Assembly (NCBI GenBank): GCA_937877075.1 | Contig: CALEGD010000065.1 | Span: forward strand, 13,906 to 77,905 | Length of the DNA: 64,000 bases | Source of the DNA: an uncultured Acholeplasmatales bacterium | GTDB lineage: Bacteria; Bacillota_I; Bacilli_A; ML615J-28; CAG-698 | Direction: 5' to 3' | Part shown: one piece after another, positions 28,201-37,404 of the stretch | Layout of the letters: each line of letters starts with the position of its first letter | How positions within the stretch are numbered: position 1 is the first letter of the stretch | Notes under the pieces: model-generated | Seen by the model: only the letters and a program-made list of their open reading frames with translations | Told to the model about the DNA's origin: nothing | Database searches by the model: none | Program-made: the position numbers and the translations under genes

Positions 28201-29690
28201 TCATCGATACTTAAGGAAAGATCACTTAAATCAAGTGGTTCTTCATAAGGAATAATGTTTAAGACATACCAGTCCGTAGAAGTAGATTTTCCAACAATGT
28301 CTTTCGCAATAATCCTAAACTCAATCTTTCCTTTTCGGATGAAGTTACCAAAATCAAGATAAGCACAATAAAATGATGTCTCACCATCTCTAAGGAAGGA
28401 TTGTAGGGTAGGATATTTAGAAGTATAAGTATCAGAACTAACATTGAATTCAATATAAACAGTATTAATGATGGTGTCATCGGTAACACTTACCCAGATT
28501 TCATGATCAAGACCGTCGGATTCAACCGAGTAGATGTTGACATTTTTATGGGAATAGTTGATGACAGGAACTTCTAAATCTTCCGGCATATCAACTGTGG
28601 CACTTGGAATTTGATAATCTAAAACAATTCCGGGATTGCCATAAACAGTATTGGCATTAACTTTTTGCATTCTTTTGCCGCCATCGGTTGGATAACGGAA
28701 GAGAATTGACATATCGGAAGAAACATCGGTGTTATTCTTCGAATCATTATTAGTATTGTAATATGCTTCTACAACCAGTTCACCGGTATTGGTGTAAATC
28801 CCCCAACCCCGATGCTGACCGCTATTCGGTTGACCGGCAAAGTGAGTATAAGAGAGATTGGGTTCATCACCCTCAGCAACAAGTTCCACACCTTTATCTA
28901 GGTTCCAGTGGGTTTTAGGATTTTCCTTTGTACCGTAGAAATATTCTTGCATCTCACGTGCCGGAAGTGCAGATTTGTTTTGCCAATCATTGGTATTTAC
29001 CCAAATGATAATGGTACTTTTTGGTTGAATAATCAGATTCCGGTTTTCCGGATTTCTTAAAGCATATTCAGTAGGTCTTAAACTCGGACTAGTCATATAA
29101 CGTAGTTCATAACCTGAAAAATCAATTGGCGCATCCGAGTTATTATATATTTCCACAAATTCATAACGGTCACCATTGCCGATTCCTTTTGCAGAGGTCG
29201 AAACCACAAGTTCAGTAATCAAAAGATAGGGGACATTATTATAATCATAAGCATCTCCATAATATTGATCACATTCAATGATGTTCACCTGGGACTTGGC
29301 AATATTGTTTGAACTGTCTTTTGCTTCAATGTAATAAAAAACTTTATCGGTAAAAAACTTTTTATTTTCTTTATTGGTTCCGAATTGTACATAAGTATCA
29401 ATCTTTGCGGAAAAAGTATCGGAGTCATTTTCGCGTGCAAGTATCACTTTCTGATAAGGGAGATTTTCATCTACCCGAAAATAAGCTACTACCGGGTCCT
29501 TAGATGAAAGACCCGAATCATCAGTAACAATTGCTGATAAGGTCAAATATCTGTCAGTTATCTTTAATTTCGGTTGGGCCTGAACAAGGATGGAAGGAGC
29601 AGTTAAATCTTCTCCTTCTCCGTAAACCTTGTTATTTCCAAACATAAATGTAAATGTCAGAATAAATATAATAATCAAAAATTTCTTCAT
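25215..29690 (-). CDS. giant surface protein: N-terminal lamin-tail domain + C-terminal calcineurin-like metallophosphoesterase, C-terminal TM anchor
   Basis: 1491 aa. LTD segment LLITELVVSTSAKGIGNGDRYEFVEIYNNSDAPIDFSGYELRY. Metallophosphoesterase motifs FAWISDPQYY, VTGDLVNR, LAGNHD, NFHEY, SGHLHGS. C-terminus LIVGGSLLLAGGVSFILLRKKK. Confidence 0.75.
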   Translation of the reverse strand: MKKFLIIIFILTFTFMFGNNKVYGEGEDLTAPSILVQAQPKLKITDRYLTLSAIVTDDSGLSSKDPVVAYFRVDENLPYQKVILARENDSDTFSAKIDTYVQFGTNKENKKFFTDKVFYYIEAKDSSNNIAKSQVNIIECDQYYGDAYDYNNVPYLLITELVVSTSAKGIGNGDRYEFVEIYNNSDAPIDFSGYELRYMTSPSLRPTEYALRNPENRNLIIQPKSTIIIWVNTNDWQNKSALPAREMQEYFYGTKENPKTHWNLDKGVELVAEGDEPNLSYTHFAGQPNSGQHRGWGIYTNTGELVVEAYYNTNNDSKNNTDVSSDMSILFRYPTDGGKRMQKVNANTVYGNPGIVLDYQIPSATVDMPEDLEVPVINYSHKNVNIYSVESDGLDHEIWVSVTDDTIINTVYIEFNVSSDTYTSKYPTLQSFLRDGETSFYCAYLDFGNFIRKGKIEFRIIAKDIVGKSTSTDWYVLNIIPYEEPLDLSDLSLSIDEGQYVGGSLKISATSRTEPLTSLSLSLDGNLLPTQPDSQRYALFVYEVFETDFNFRNGVTVKNSKYGEGVNSFRTLFQFDISGRWLTYTVQIPLDMILPSEGYPEGGLVGLHAGNRYTSIYDPSLFNDAIERYQAAKAANDAEKMAEARRDFIYGDTVAMKANQAILDEAGLNLNRDDYSFRDARLIMPDGTILYDVNPVNSGKYSELMRDEIYRLSDSNASDTRQVFFKFDIPEESIDTVSYRIDTTSLSEGLHTLSATNGKETKTINFFVDNTNPDFNFTFADGEILKGILNLAPEIEEAGSGVKERYGYLDGNRVGIPYYTTSGNLDPGLHTLEVTIVDKVGNKKTKTITFRTEDENPHRPVFESPDEIDGVDAKLNVRVTDPSNDDLTVEFFQGYRYSAENREIFKGYYNSVEMEPPLYVVFPGEVEFTAEQYNQIKSLDGDYFDTQSYQLPYHRFAVTIDKDIPRNSIVNVRWYGKSLVGRKVTLYAWNIIEEEWKPLDFAIAGEDDFLLEADVTIEFFVDPKSNEVNILVQDEIEAPDSEKFTFAWISDPQYYAQRNAYDDEDHIIMELQHNWLIKNKDKLNIEYLFVTGDLVNRQYEAYQWDVIDQYYQLLENARVPYGLLAGNHDVNFSQEDYSVFGEYFGEDRYKDKSYYGESYQNNRGHYDLISVNGLDFMMVYMGWGIYQPEIDWMNKVISENPSRIVILNFHEYLGTTGVQTAIGEEIFNKVVKPNPNVKMVLSGHLHGSASRVDEIDDDGDGTPDRKVWQLLADYQGSKNTASKYEGGDGFMRLFEFDVTNGEVNVITVSPWLEYLNELKGLTEGDPGYYDVYRGLNHMDFEGLQGDGLAQNGNGSGSAYQSMDVNTNSFVYEWELIPQIKRVATDAFFVNYRMSESLGKVENVKSGDLASIDWNNLMPDQEYSYYVVVTDANGGKHISDLYTFRTGKVETTGLSSLQIGLIVGGSLLLAGGVSFILLRKKKAVSLKGDQNE

Positions 29691-29719
29691 TCTAGCTCCT
29701 TTTCGCTATTTAGCTAATC

Positions 29720-31042
29720 TCACATTCCTTCTTGGGGAAAAGTTTTTAATAAACCTAAGACTTGACTCTTAGCAATCGGAATCTGTCTTAAATAGTCATC
29801 TTTAGATTTTAAAAGAATTTTTTCAAATAATGTTTCATAAACTCCTTTAACAGCTCTCCAGTCAGTATAATCGGCTGAAGGCACGCCGCTAATAATACCG
29901 TTTTCAATTACATCAATACCCATCAACATAATCTTTTCGGAGGTTGTTCTTGCAGTTTCAGGGACCGCTTTCACTTCTTCGATTACTTCTTCTATCGTAC
30001 TGATGATACCACCAAGACCGGTACAATATTTATAGTTGACAGATTTTCTAGTCATATAATCAATGAACTTTAAAGCAGTTGCTTTGTTTGGTGCGCCGTC
30101 TAAAACGCCTAAGCCCCAAGCACCGATAATTGAACCACGTCCGGCATCACCTTTCGGAGGAGCAGCAATTACAAAATTATCTGGTTTATATTTTAAAATT
30201 TCTCCGGCTTGAGTCATATGTTGGAAAGAAAGCCAAGCAGTTTCATCTTTCATTTTATCAACAGCGGTACTATAGTTCTTCTGTTCATTAACGAAAACTT
30301 CATCAATGGCCATTTGTAGCATTAATTCATAAGCTTGCTTCATATTTTCACTGTCGACATCAACAAAATCCGCACCATATGCTAGTCCCATTCCCCCCAT
30401 AATGTAGATGAGGTTATAACCGGCTTGAGAAGGAAACATTGTTTTAGTTCCGACACCAATATTACCGTTGGCACCGTTTTTAATATTGTAAGCCCACTCT
30501 GCAAACTGTTCCCAAGTTAAATCATCAACATTAGCTCCTTCAGGTAAGAACGCCAAAGCTTTTTTATTTGCAACAGTTAAATAAGCATCAGAAGATACCG
30601 GAACAAAATAACGAGTATCACCAACATTAGTTACAGATGTAAAATGATTGTCTTTATCAATTGTTCTATCGGAGTAAGCAACATCAGCAGTGATATCTTG
30701 AACATAACCTTTAGTAACAAAGGTCGGCATTTCACCACTGTGAACAATGGCGATATCAGTTACATATTCTCCAGAATCCTGTTCTGTTTTAATCTTTTTA
30801 ATTCCATCAGTAGCACTAACTACGTCAAGGGTAACACGTACATTGAATTCTTTTTCGAATTCAGCAACAATTTTATCACGAACAAATACCTGTTCCCAGT
30901 TTGTTCCATAATTACCTACACTAACTATTTTCAATTCTTCAGTCGTCTTATCACATCCGACTAAAGCAAAGAAACTTAAAAATAATAGCATTATAGATAA
31001 TAGTGAAAATTTTTTGTTTCTCATAAAAGTCTCCTTTTCCAT
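29720..31042 (-). CDS. ABC transporter extracellular solute-binding lipoprotein (family 1, sugar)
   Basis: Signal peptide with lipobox FALVGC. 440 aa. First gene of the transporter operon. Confidence 0.7.
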   Translation of the reverse strand: MEKETFMRNKKFSLLSIMLLFLSFFALVGCDKTTEELKIVSVGNYGTNWEQVFVRDKIVAEFEKEFNVRVTLDVVSATDGIKKIKTEQDSGEYVTDIAIVHSGEMPTFVTKGYVQDITADVAYSDRTIDKDNHFTSVTNVGDTRYFVPVSSDAYLTVANKKALAFLPEGANVDDLTWEQFAEWAYNIKNGANGNIGVGTKTMFPSQAGYNLIYIMGGMGLAYGADFVDVDSENMKQAYELMLQMAIDEVFVNEQKNYSTAVDKMKDETAWLSFQHMTQAGEILKYKPDNFVIAAPPKGDAGRGSIIGAWGLGVLDGAPNKATALKFIDYMTRKSVNYKYCTGLGGIISTIEEVIEEVKAVPETARTTSEKIMLMGIDVIENGIISGVPSADYTDWRAVKGVYETLFEKILLKSKDDYLRQIPIAKSQVLGLLKTFPQEGM

Positions 31043-31168
31043 ACTTTTGTATTACGCTTTCATTATATCGTTTTTGGGGCTGGTAAAACAATTGAGGATT
31101 TCCGAATTTTAATGCACAAATTAAGAATTTCTCGTTTTTCATGTATAATTTTGTCAATATTTAGTTAT

Positions 31169-31212
31169 AAAAAAACACGGAACTATTCCCTTAGAACTTC
31201 CGTGTTTTTATT
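31169..31212 (-). terminator. rho-independent terminator overlapping the AraC-family gene stop codon (bidirectional hairpin)
   Basis: Arms ACACGGAA / TTCCGTGT (31175-31182, 31198-31205) flanked by an A6 run and a T-run. The AraC stop codon (31183-31185) lies in the loop. Confidence 0.5.
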
Positions 31213-32040
31213 ATTTTGATTATTAAAACTCTCGCGATACTCGGTTGGCGAGATTCCAAAGTCTTTCTTAAAGATGCGACTAAAATAGAGTTTATTCTCA
31301 TAACCAATCATAAAGGCAATTTCTGCGACCTTTAAATTGGTGTTTCTTAATAACTCCTGACTGTATTTTAGTTTTTTCTCCCTGAGATACTGCAAAGGGG
31401 TTAGGTTATAAAGTTCTTTGAATTTCTCGTAAAAATAATATTTCGAGATATATAAGTCTTTTAAAATGTCATCCAGTTGCCGGATTTTACAGAAATCACG
31501 GTCAATAGCGTTTTTGATTGATTCACAAATACTGATTAAGTCACTGTTAATGATGAATTTATTTTGATAGAGTTTCTTCACCATCGAGACTAAGATCCCA
31601 GCATAATAAATGGGTAGGTCTGTTTCATAATTATTTTTATTTTGCATTTCACTTACAACATCCGCAAAATAATTCTCGAATTTTAAAGCGTAGACATTGG
31701 TTGAGATAACCGGGGGGAGGCTAGGATCAATAATATTTGTTGGTTTAGACTTATCCAAATCTTTAATAGCAACAAAATAAAGTTTGAATTCCTCATTTTC
31801 ATAAGCTATTTCTTGATGGACATCATTAGGCTTATAGACAATAATATCACCATATTGAACATTATATTTATTATCATTGATGATGACTTGTCCGCGACCT
31901 TTCATAATAAACAAAATCTCACTGAATAAATGCGAATGTTTCTTCTTTTTCCAATCGCTAACATTATAAACAATCCCGGAATAAATAATAGAATAAATAG
32001 GTTGTTTAAAAAGCGACCAATGAGATTTTTCAGTTTTCAT
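31183..32040 (-). CDS. AraC/XylS family transcriptional regulator (cupin sensor + HTH)
   Basis: C-terminal HTH LKVAEIAFMIGYENKLYFSRIFKKDFGISPTEYR. N-terminal cupin-like region. 285 aa. Confidence 0.8.
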   Translation of the reverse strand: MKTEKSHWSLFKQPIYSIIYSGIVYNVSDWKKKKHSHLFSEILFIMKGRGQVIINDNKYNVQYGDIIVYKPNDVHQEIAYENEEFKLYFVAIKDLDKSKPTNIIDPSLPPVISTNVYALKFENYFADVVSEMQNKNNYETDLPIYYAGILVSMVKKLYQNKFIINSDLISICESIKNAIDRDFCKIRQLDDILKDLYISKYYFYEKFKELYNLTPLQYLREKKLKYSQELLRNTNLKVAEIAFMIGYENKLYFSRIFKKDFGISPTEYRESFNNQNNKNTEVLRE

Positions 32041-32055
32041 ATTCTTAACCTTTCT

Positions 32056-33405
32056 TTAACATCTAGTCAAGGCTTTATTTAAGATCACATCTAAGGCTTG
32101 ATAGGAGAAATATTTCTTTCCAATTAAAAAGTTTGTCTCAACAATTTTTTCATATTTCTCTTTATCAAATAACAAATCCATCATTCCCCTTGCACATTTT
32201 CTGACAATATCTTTGTCAAGCGATAATAAAGGTTTTGTCTTATAATATTTACTTCCTAAGGAAACACCTTCTATTCCATAGTCTTTAAGGTCCTTTAAAA
32301 AGACAGGATATTCATAATACAAAATAGGTTTTCTGGCAAACATCGCTTCCAATAATTGATTTCCCCAACCTTCCAAAATTGAAGGATAAGTCACGAAATC
32401 AGAAATCGTATAACTGTCCCATAAACTGTATTGTTTAGAGGAAGCATAACTCCTGGAATGACCAACAAAAGCATTTATATGCTTAAAACTAATATTTTCT
32501 TCATTAAGTTTTTGTTGGAGTTTCTGGAAATAACCGCTTCCTAATGATTCATCAAGTCCGGCTAAAACAAAATGAATCTTGCTTTTATCCGTCCAAATAC
32601 GTCCATCATATAGAGTTTTCCCAATATATTCACTTTTTATTTCATTCATTTCCTTAATGGTTAAAATTGCAAATTCAATCGCTTTCCGCTCGCTAATCCT
32701 TGTTGCTTGAAGAGCAATGATATCATTTGGTCCGGCACCGGTTTTTTCTCTTAAATCACGATTAAATTCATCAATTTTCCAAGATTCAACTTCAAAATCA
32801 AAGACATTAGGAACAACAATGGCATCAATATTCTTACGGATTTTAACCTCTTCCTGAGCAATTTTATTAATTACGACATGACGAATATTATCTCCTACAG
32901 GCATAAAATAATTTTCAAGAATCTCATTAACAAACTTACATACCGGATTGCTATATAAAGGTCTCTCCCAATAGAAGTCATGATTATGAGCAAGAAACTG
33001 AACATCTTTCAATTCATGTGCTACCTCGGTAAAAGCAATTCCCGTCGGAAGATGCCAACCTAGACTCCAAATATTATTTGGAATAACCAGATCAATTTTA
33101 TTTCGGAGTATAATTTCTCTTAACTGTTCTTTAATTTTATCCGCATAAGCAAATATTTCTGCTTTTAAAGTCTCCTCATTGGAATAATCAGTTAATTCTT
33201 TATAACAATTATCTACAAATTTCTTATTAGTTTTTCCTAAATAATGCATTTCCGGAATAACGAAATCTGTCTGTTCACTTTTATTTCCGGATAAGTAAAA
33301 ACATGTATGTCCATTTTTTTCAAGTATATATTTCCATTTATCCATTTCCAAAGAAACGCCGTCAGTTTCTCCGACCCGGAAATGTGCCAATAATATTTTC
33401 ATCAT
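32056..33405 (-). CDS. GT-B fold, GT4-like glycosyltransferase (or GT4-fold phosphorylase), copy 2 (paralog of 9705-11042)
   Basis: 449 aa. EX7E motif EGWGNQLLEA. The N-terminus and many internal blocks (NILSLGW / NNIWSLGW, FHLLLSGIDDSLGS / HFVLAGLDESLGS) are shared with copy 1. Confidence 0.5.
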   Translation of the reverse strand: MMKILLAHFRVGETDGVSLEMDKWKYILEKNGHTCFYLSGNKSEQTDFVIPEMHYLGKTNKKFVDNCYKELTDYSNEETLKAEIFAYADKIKEQLREIILRNKIDLVIPNNIWSLGWHLPTGIAFTEVAHELKDVQFLAHNHDFYWERPLYSNPVCKFVNEILENYFMPVGDNIRHVVINKIAQEEVKIRKNIDAIVVPNVFDFEVESWKIDEFNRDLREKTGAGPNDIIALQATRISERKAIEFAILTIKEMNEIKSEYIGKTLYDGRIWTDKSKIHFVLAGLDESLGSGYFQKLQQKLNEENISFKHINAFVGHSRSYASSKQYSLWDSYTISDFVTYPSILEGWGNQLLEAMFARKPILYYEYPVFLKDLKDYGIEGVSLGSKYYKTKPLLSLDKDIVRKCARGMMDLLFDKEKYEKIVETNFLIGKKYFSYQALDVILNKALTRC

Positions 33406-33512
33406 TTTCCTCCATTTTTCGTATTCAAATTAATGATAATATAGTTAGTTGTCCTTTTCAAGTTCATCCAAACAAAAAAGGAAATCGTGTATAAATTTCC
33501 TTATTTTGTGTA

Positions 33513-34268
33513 TTATTTACTTTTTTGGAAGAGCCAGTCATAAAGTTCTGGCATTTGAAAGGCATTTCTCCAACTGTCATGACCAACATGAGGAAATTCC
33601 GAGTGCCTGACATCCACCGCACTAACTCTTCTTAGGGCTTCAACCATTCTTCTTGAAGAAGTGGGGTGGACAACATTATCATCAAGTCCATGAAAAGCAT
33701 AAAGAGGAACATTCTTAATCAATTCAGCTTTAGTGGGATCGCCTCCGCCACAAATTGCAACGGCAGCAGCAAACAAATCAGGATACTTTGTAATGACATA
33801 ATAGGTAGCAAATCCACCCATTGATAGACCTGATGCATAAATCCGCTTTTTATCTACAGAATATTCATCGATTATTTCCGATAATAAAGCCAAAGTCAAC
33901 TGCATGGGAATCGTTTCTAACTCTTCATCAAAATTGAATTCACCCTTAGCCCAGACTTCCGGAGAGCTTCCGACCCATTGCAGATCACTAGGACATTGAG
34001 GAGCTAAAATAATACATTCATCTTTATACGGAGAAACAAGAATTTGTTTCATGAATATTTCCGCACCATTTACATCAGAAATTTGAGCATAATTATCATT
34101 TCCTCTTCTTCCGGCTCCATGAAAAAACAAGATTAAACGACAGTTTTTCTCCTGATAACCCTTTGGTAAATATAGTCTGTAAGGAAGACTAATATCCCCA
34201 GAAATACCAGAATTCTCATATACCCATTTCTCCATTAATTTATCTAAATCTACTTTTTGATAATCCAT
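33513..34268 (-). CDS. alpha/beta-hydrolase fold esterase (phospholipase/carboxylesterase-like)
   Basis: Nucleophile elbow GLSMGGF. HGxxD-type histidine region FHGLDDNVV. 251 aa, cytoplasmic. Confidence 0.65.
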   Translation of the reverse strand: MDYQKVDLDKLMEKWVYENSGISGDISLPYRLYLPKGYQEKNCRLILFFHGAGRRGNDNYAQISDVNGAEIFMKQILVSPYKDECIILAPQCPSDLQWVGSSPEVWAKGEFNFDEELETIPMQLTLALLSEIIDEYSVDKKRIYASGLSMGGFATYYVITKYPDLFAAAVAICGGGDPTKAELIKNVPLYAFHGLDDNVVHPTSSRRMVEALRRVSAVDVRHSEFPHVGHDSWRNAFQMPELYDWLFQKSK

Positions 34269-34775
34269 AATCTTCTCCTTTTAAAATTACAATAAATATG
34301 ATTTATTATTCTGAATACTAGATAATAATACAAAAACTTCATTTAGTGAAAAATATCCACACTACAAAATTTATAAAATCCTAAACGTAAATTTAAACAA
34401 TAGATATTTTACATATTTGATTGATAGTTTTCAAAAAAATAACATTTAATATTATACCAAATTCCAGATAAAAAAGAAAGTGCAACGATAATAAGCCTAT
34501 CCTTTATTCATATATATGAGTTAAGACAAAAGGAAAGTATTCCATTAATCGATGCTATCGCGCTTCCTTTCGGAATCATAATACTAAAATAAAAGAGTTA
34601 AAAAAGAAAAATTTAAAAGATAAATAAAAAGGTTTTAATAATAAAATTTAAAATTTCTATTTTGTAATTAATTGAAATTTTAATTTATAATTGACAAAAT
34701 CACAAGTGTTCAGTTGATATTATAGTATAATTATGATATAATAGCATTAGAATATTGCTATGAAGGAGTGGAATT

Positions 34776-35045
34776 ATGAATATTAGACCATCTGCTGATA
34801 TTAGACAAAAATATAATGAAATTTCAAATTTATGTAAAAAAACCGCAAAACCTGTTTTTCTAACAAAGAATGGAACAGGGGATTTAGTTGTTATGGATAT
34901 TGAAACATATAACAGAAGGGAACTTTTATTAAAGCTCCGTGAAGAATTGTTGACGGTTGAAGAGGATCGCATTGCCGGAAGACTAGGTTCTAGTGTTGAT
35001 GATCTTAATACATATTTAAACAATATTATCAAAGAGGCTAAATAA
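34776..35045 (+). CDS. type II antitoxin, Phd/YefM family
   Basis: 89 aa. N-terminal ...KPVFLTKNGTGDLVVMDIETY typical of Phd/YefM. Its stop overlaps the toxin start (ATAATG). Confidence 0.75.
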   Translation: MNIRPSADIRQKYNEISNLCKKTAKPVFLTKNGTGDLVVMDIETYNRRELLLKLREELLTVEEDRIAGRLGSSVDDLNTYLNNIIKEAK

Positions 35046-35347
35046 TGTATCGGATAATCATTTCCGAGAAGGCCAAAAAAATGATTTCCGAATGCATTGC
35101 TTTTATGGCTAATGTAGATAAAGATGCTGCAATCAAAACGAAAGACTCAATAATCAATGGAATTAATTCTTTAAATATGTTTCCTGAAAGATTTCCTTTT
35201 TTAAATGTTGATTATATTCCGAAAAATAAGTATCATAAAATGTTTATTGAAAAGTGGTATCTTGTTTTATACCAAAAAAAAGATAATCATATTTATATTG
35301 ATTATATTTTAGATTGCAGGCAAGACTATCGCTTTTTAGTTGAATAG
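35045..35347 (+). CDS. type II toxin, RelE/ParE family
   Basis: 100 aa. N-terminal MYRIIISEKAKKMI and YRLVYQKKDN-like core typical of RelE/ParE. Translationally coupled to the antitoxin. Confidence 0.7.
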   Translation: MYRIIISEKAKKMISECIAFMANVDKDAAIKTKDSIINGINSLNMFPERFPFLNVDYIPKNKYHKMFIEKWYLVLYQKKDNHIYIDYILDCRQDYRFLVE

Positions 35348-35531
35348 TAATATGAACACTTTTTTTAGTGCGCTAAAATTTAAGAGTAATCAACACACAT
35401 CTTAAAAATAAAGAAAAGCCGATTGTATCAGACTAAGTCTAACTAAGATTGGCTTTTTTCTTTGTTTTGAGCTGTTTAAAATATATTTATTTATAGCTCC
35501 ATTCATTCTTATCAAAACATCATAATCAATC

Positions 35532-36395
35532 TTAATCCAAGATAAGAACTTTAGGGGTTTCAGTGATTGTAAAAGTGGAGCTATTGATACGATAGGTATT
35601 TGAAGCATTGCCTTCAATCTGAAGGGGATTTGTGAAAAACAGTTCACTAACACCTTTTACTTTAACTCCTAAAATACTAAGTATCTCAATATCAATTTCT
35701 ATTTTAGAAAAGTCATTAATTTTGCTGGAAACAAAGAAATCACTGTCTTTAGGAACAATCAAATTGATGATGACATTATTCCTTTTAGTTGTTTCATTAT
35801 GCAAAATATAAGCCGGGCTTCCATCTATCCCTTGAGGAGGAAAAAAAGTATAACTTACTCCATCACGCATAAATCTTAATTTATTGAAACTAATCGCCGA
35901 AACAATTTTCCCTTCAACAATCCGAAAGGGTATTTTCAAAGAAATATAAGTGAAGCTTTGAGGGTTTTTCAATACATTTTCTTCTTCGACTCGCTCTTCA
36001 AGCATATGAAAATTAAAACTCTGCTGCATAATGTACTTTTCAACATAACGTATTGATTCATCATAAATCAATAGCCGATCCATAAACTCAATAATTGAAT
36101 AATTGTTTGATGCAAACTGCACTTCGCGAAATAATTCAGCTCTTTTATTTGCATCTTCATTTGCTTGGGAAATCGTTCGGTTGTGTTTGAAAATCAACAA
36201 ACTAAATACACTGCTCGAACAAAAGGAAGCAAAAGCAACAAATAAGGTTGCAACTCGAATTCCAATCACATTAAAAGCCTTCTCCATATAATCGCCAAAT
36301 AAAAGTATTAAAACAGCCACACCAAAAACAAAGGTACTGATGATTATCATGATAGTAAGGATATTATATTTGCTATTTTTCATATTCTTCTCCAA
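35532..36395 (-). CDS. membrane-anchored protein of unknown function (2 N-terminal TM + extracytoplasmic domain)
   Basis: 287 aa. Two hydrophobic helices in the first 70 residues. No recognisable motif. Confidence 0.35.
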   Translation of the reverse strand: MEKNMKNSKYNILTIMIIISTFVFGVAVLILLFGDYMEKAFNVIGIRVATLFVAFASFCSSSVFSLLIFKHNRTISQANEDANKRAELFREVQFASNNYSIIEFMDRLLIYDESIRYVEKYIMQQSFNFHMLEERVEEENVLKNPQSFTYISLKIPFRIVEGKIVSAISFNKLRFMRDGVSYTFFPPQGIDGSPAYILHNETTKRNNVIINLIVPKDSDFFVSSKINDFSKIEIDIEILSILGVKVKGVSELFFTNPLQIEGNASNTYRINSSTFTITETPKVLILD

Positions 36396-36760
36396 AAATA
36401 ATTATAAAGTTAACTTTTTAAATTAAAACAAAGGCATTATTCTTCCTTTTTCCAATATACAAGATGCAATATATCATTAGCAGCAATGAAAGCAAAAACA
36501 TAAATGGCGATTATGAAAAACATCATAAAAGTAAAAACAAGGCCAAAAATCGTAATTAGACTTATAATGATAATAATTATATTATACAAATTAAACTAAT
36601 TCGATGAAAGCCACTTTTTTCAACAAAGTTTATATTATCCTTAAACATTTTAATCACTCATAATAATTATAATTTAAAATAATAAAAATCATTGATATTT
36701 TGTGATACTTTAACAAAGTTAACTAAAATATGCAAATTAAGAATCTAATAAGTTAAGAAC

Positions 36761-37132
36761 TTAACTTTTTATAACAATCCATACAATAAGTCCTATTAGG
36801 CAGAGCCATAAAGTTATAATTGGAATTGCTAAATACCATTTGTGTGGTTTTCCTTCCTTCCAAACTTCTTTTGCTTCTTCTTCAAATGAATCCCACACTT
36901 CCTGTGAAATCATCTTCATTGTAATCCAAACCATAATCGGTAAAAAAATTAAATCATCCAAATACCCTAAAACAGGTATAAAATCTGGAATTAGATCAAC
37001 TGGTGATAAAGCATAGGCAACTGTTATAGCGGCCACAATCTTTGCGTACCAAGGTGTCTTCGATGACTTCATGGCTATATAAACTTGTGCTGACTTAATT
37101 TTTAATACTTTCATTTTCTCTTTAATAGACAC
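36761..37132 (-). CDS. DUF1232 (YkvA-like) membrane protein
   Basis: YALSPVDLIPDFIPVLGYLDDLIFLPIMVW matches the DUF1232 core. GTG start. Confidence 0.65.
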   Translation of the reverse strand: MSIKEKMKVLKIKSAQVYIAMKSSKTPWYAKIVAAITVAYALSPVDLIPDFIPVLGYLDDLIFLPIMVWITMKMISQEVWDSFEEEAKEVWKEGKPHKWYLAIPIITLWLCLIGLIVWIVIKS

Positions 37133-37404
37133 TTTATCACCACCGATAAATTACAATATATCGCTCTGTTAAATTTTTTAGTTATCGCCAATAATATAAT
37201 TTTTGAAATCTGATATTACTTTTTCTAATTCAGAGTATAATTTTTCGAACATTATCAATGATGCTTATTTATAAAAATTAAAGTATGTTCTTATTCCATA
37301 TGTATCAATTAAATATCTAGTAAATGCACTATTTGTGTTTAATAGACAAATTGGAATATATCGCTCGACTTATATTTTCTAATTTTATCTTTCTAGAAAT
37401 ACGA

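Noticed and set aside
34700-35032. Minus-strand 110-aa ORF overlapping the Phd/YefM antitoxin.
   Set aside because: It is antisense to a well-supported toxin-antitoxin pair and lacks an RBS.
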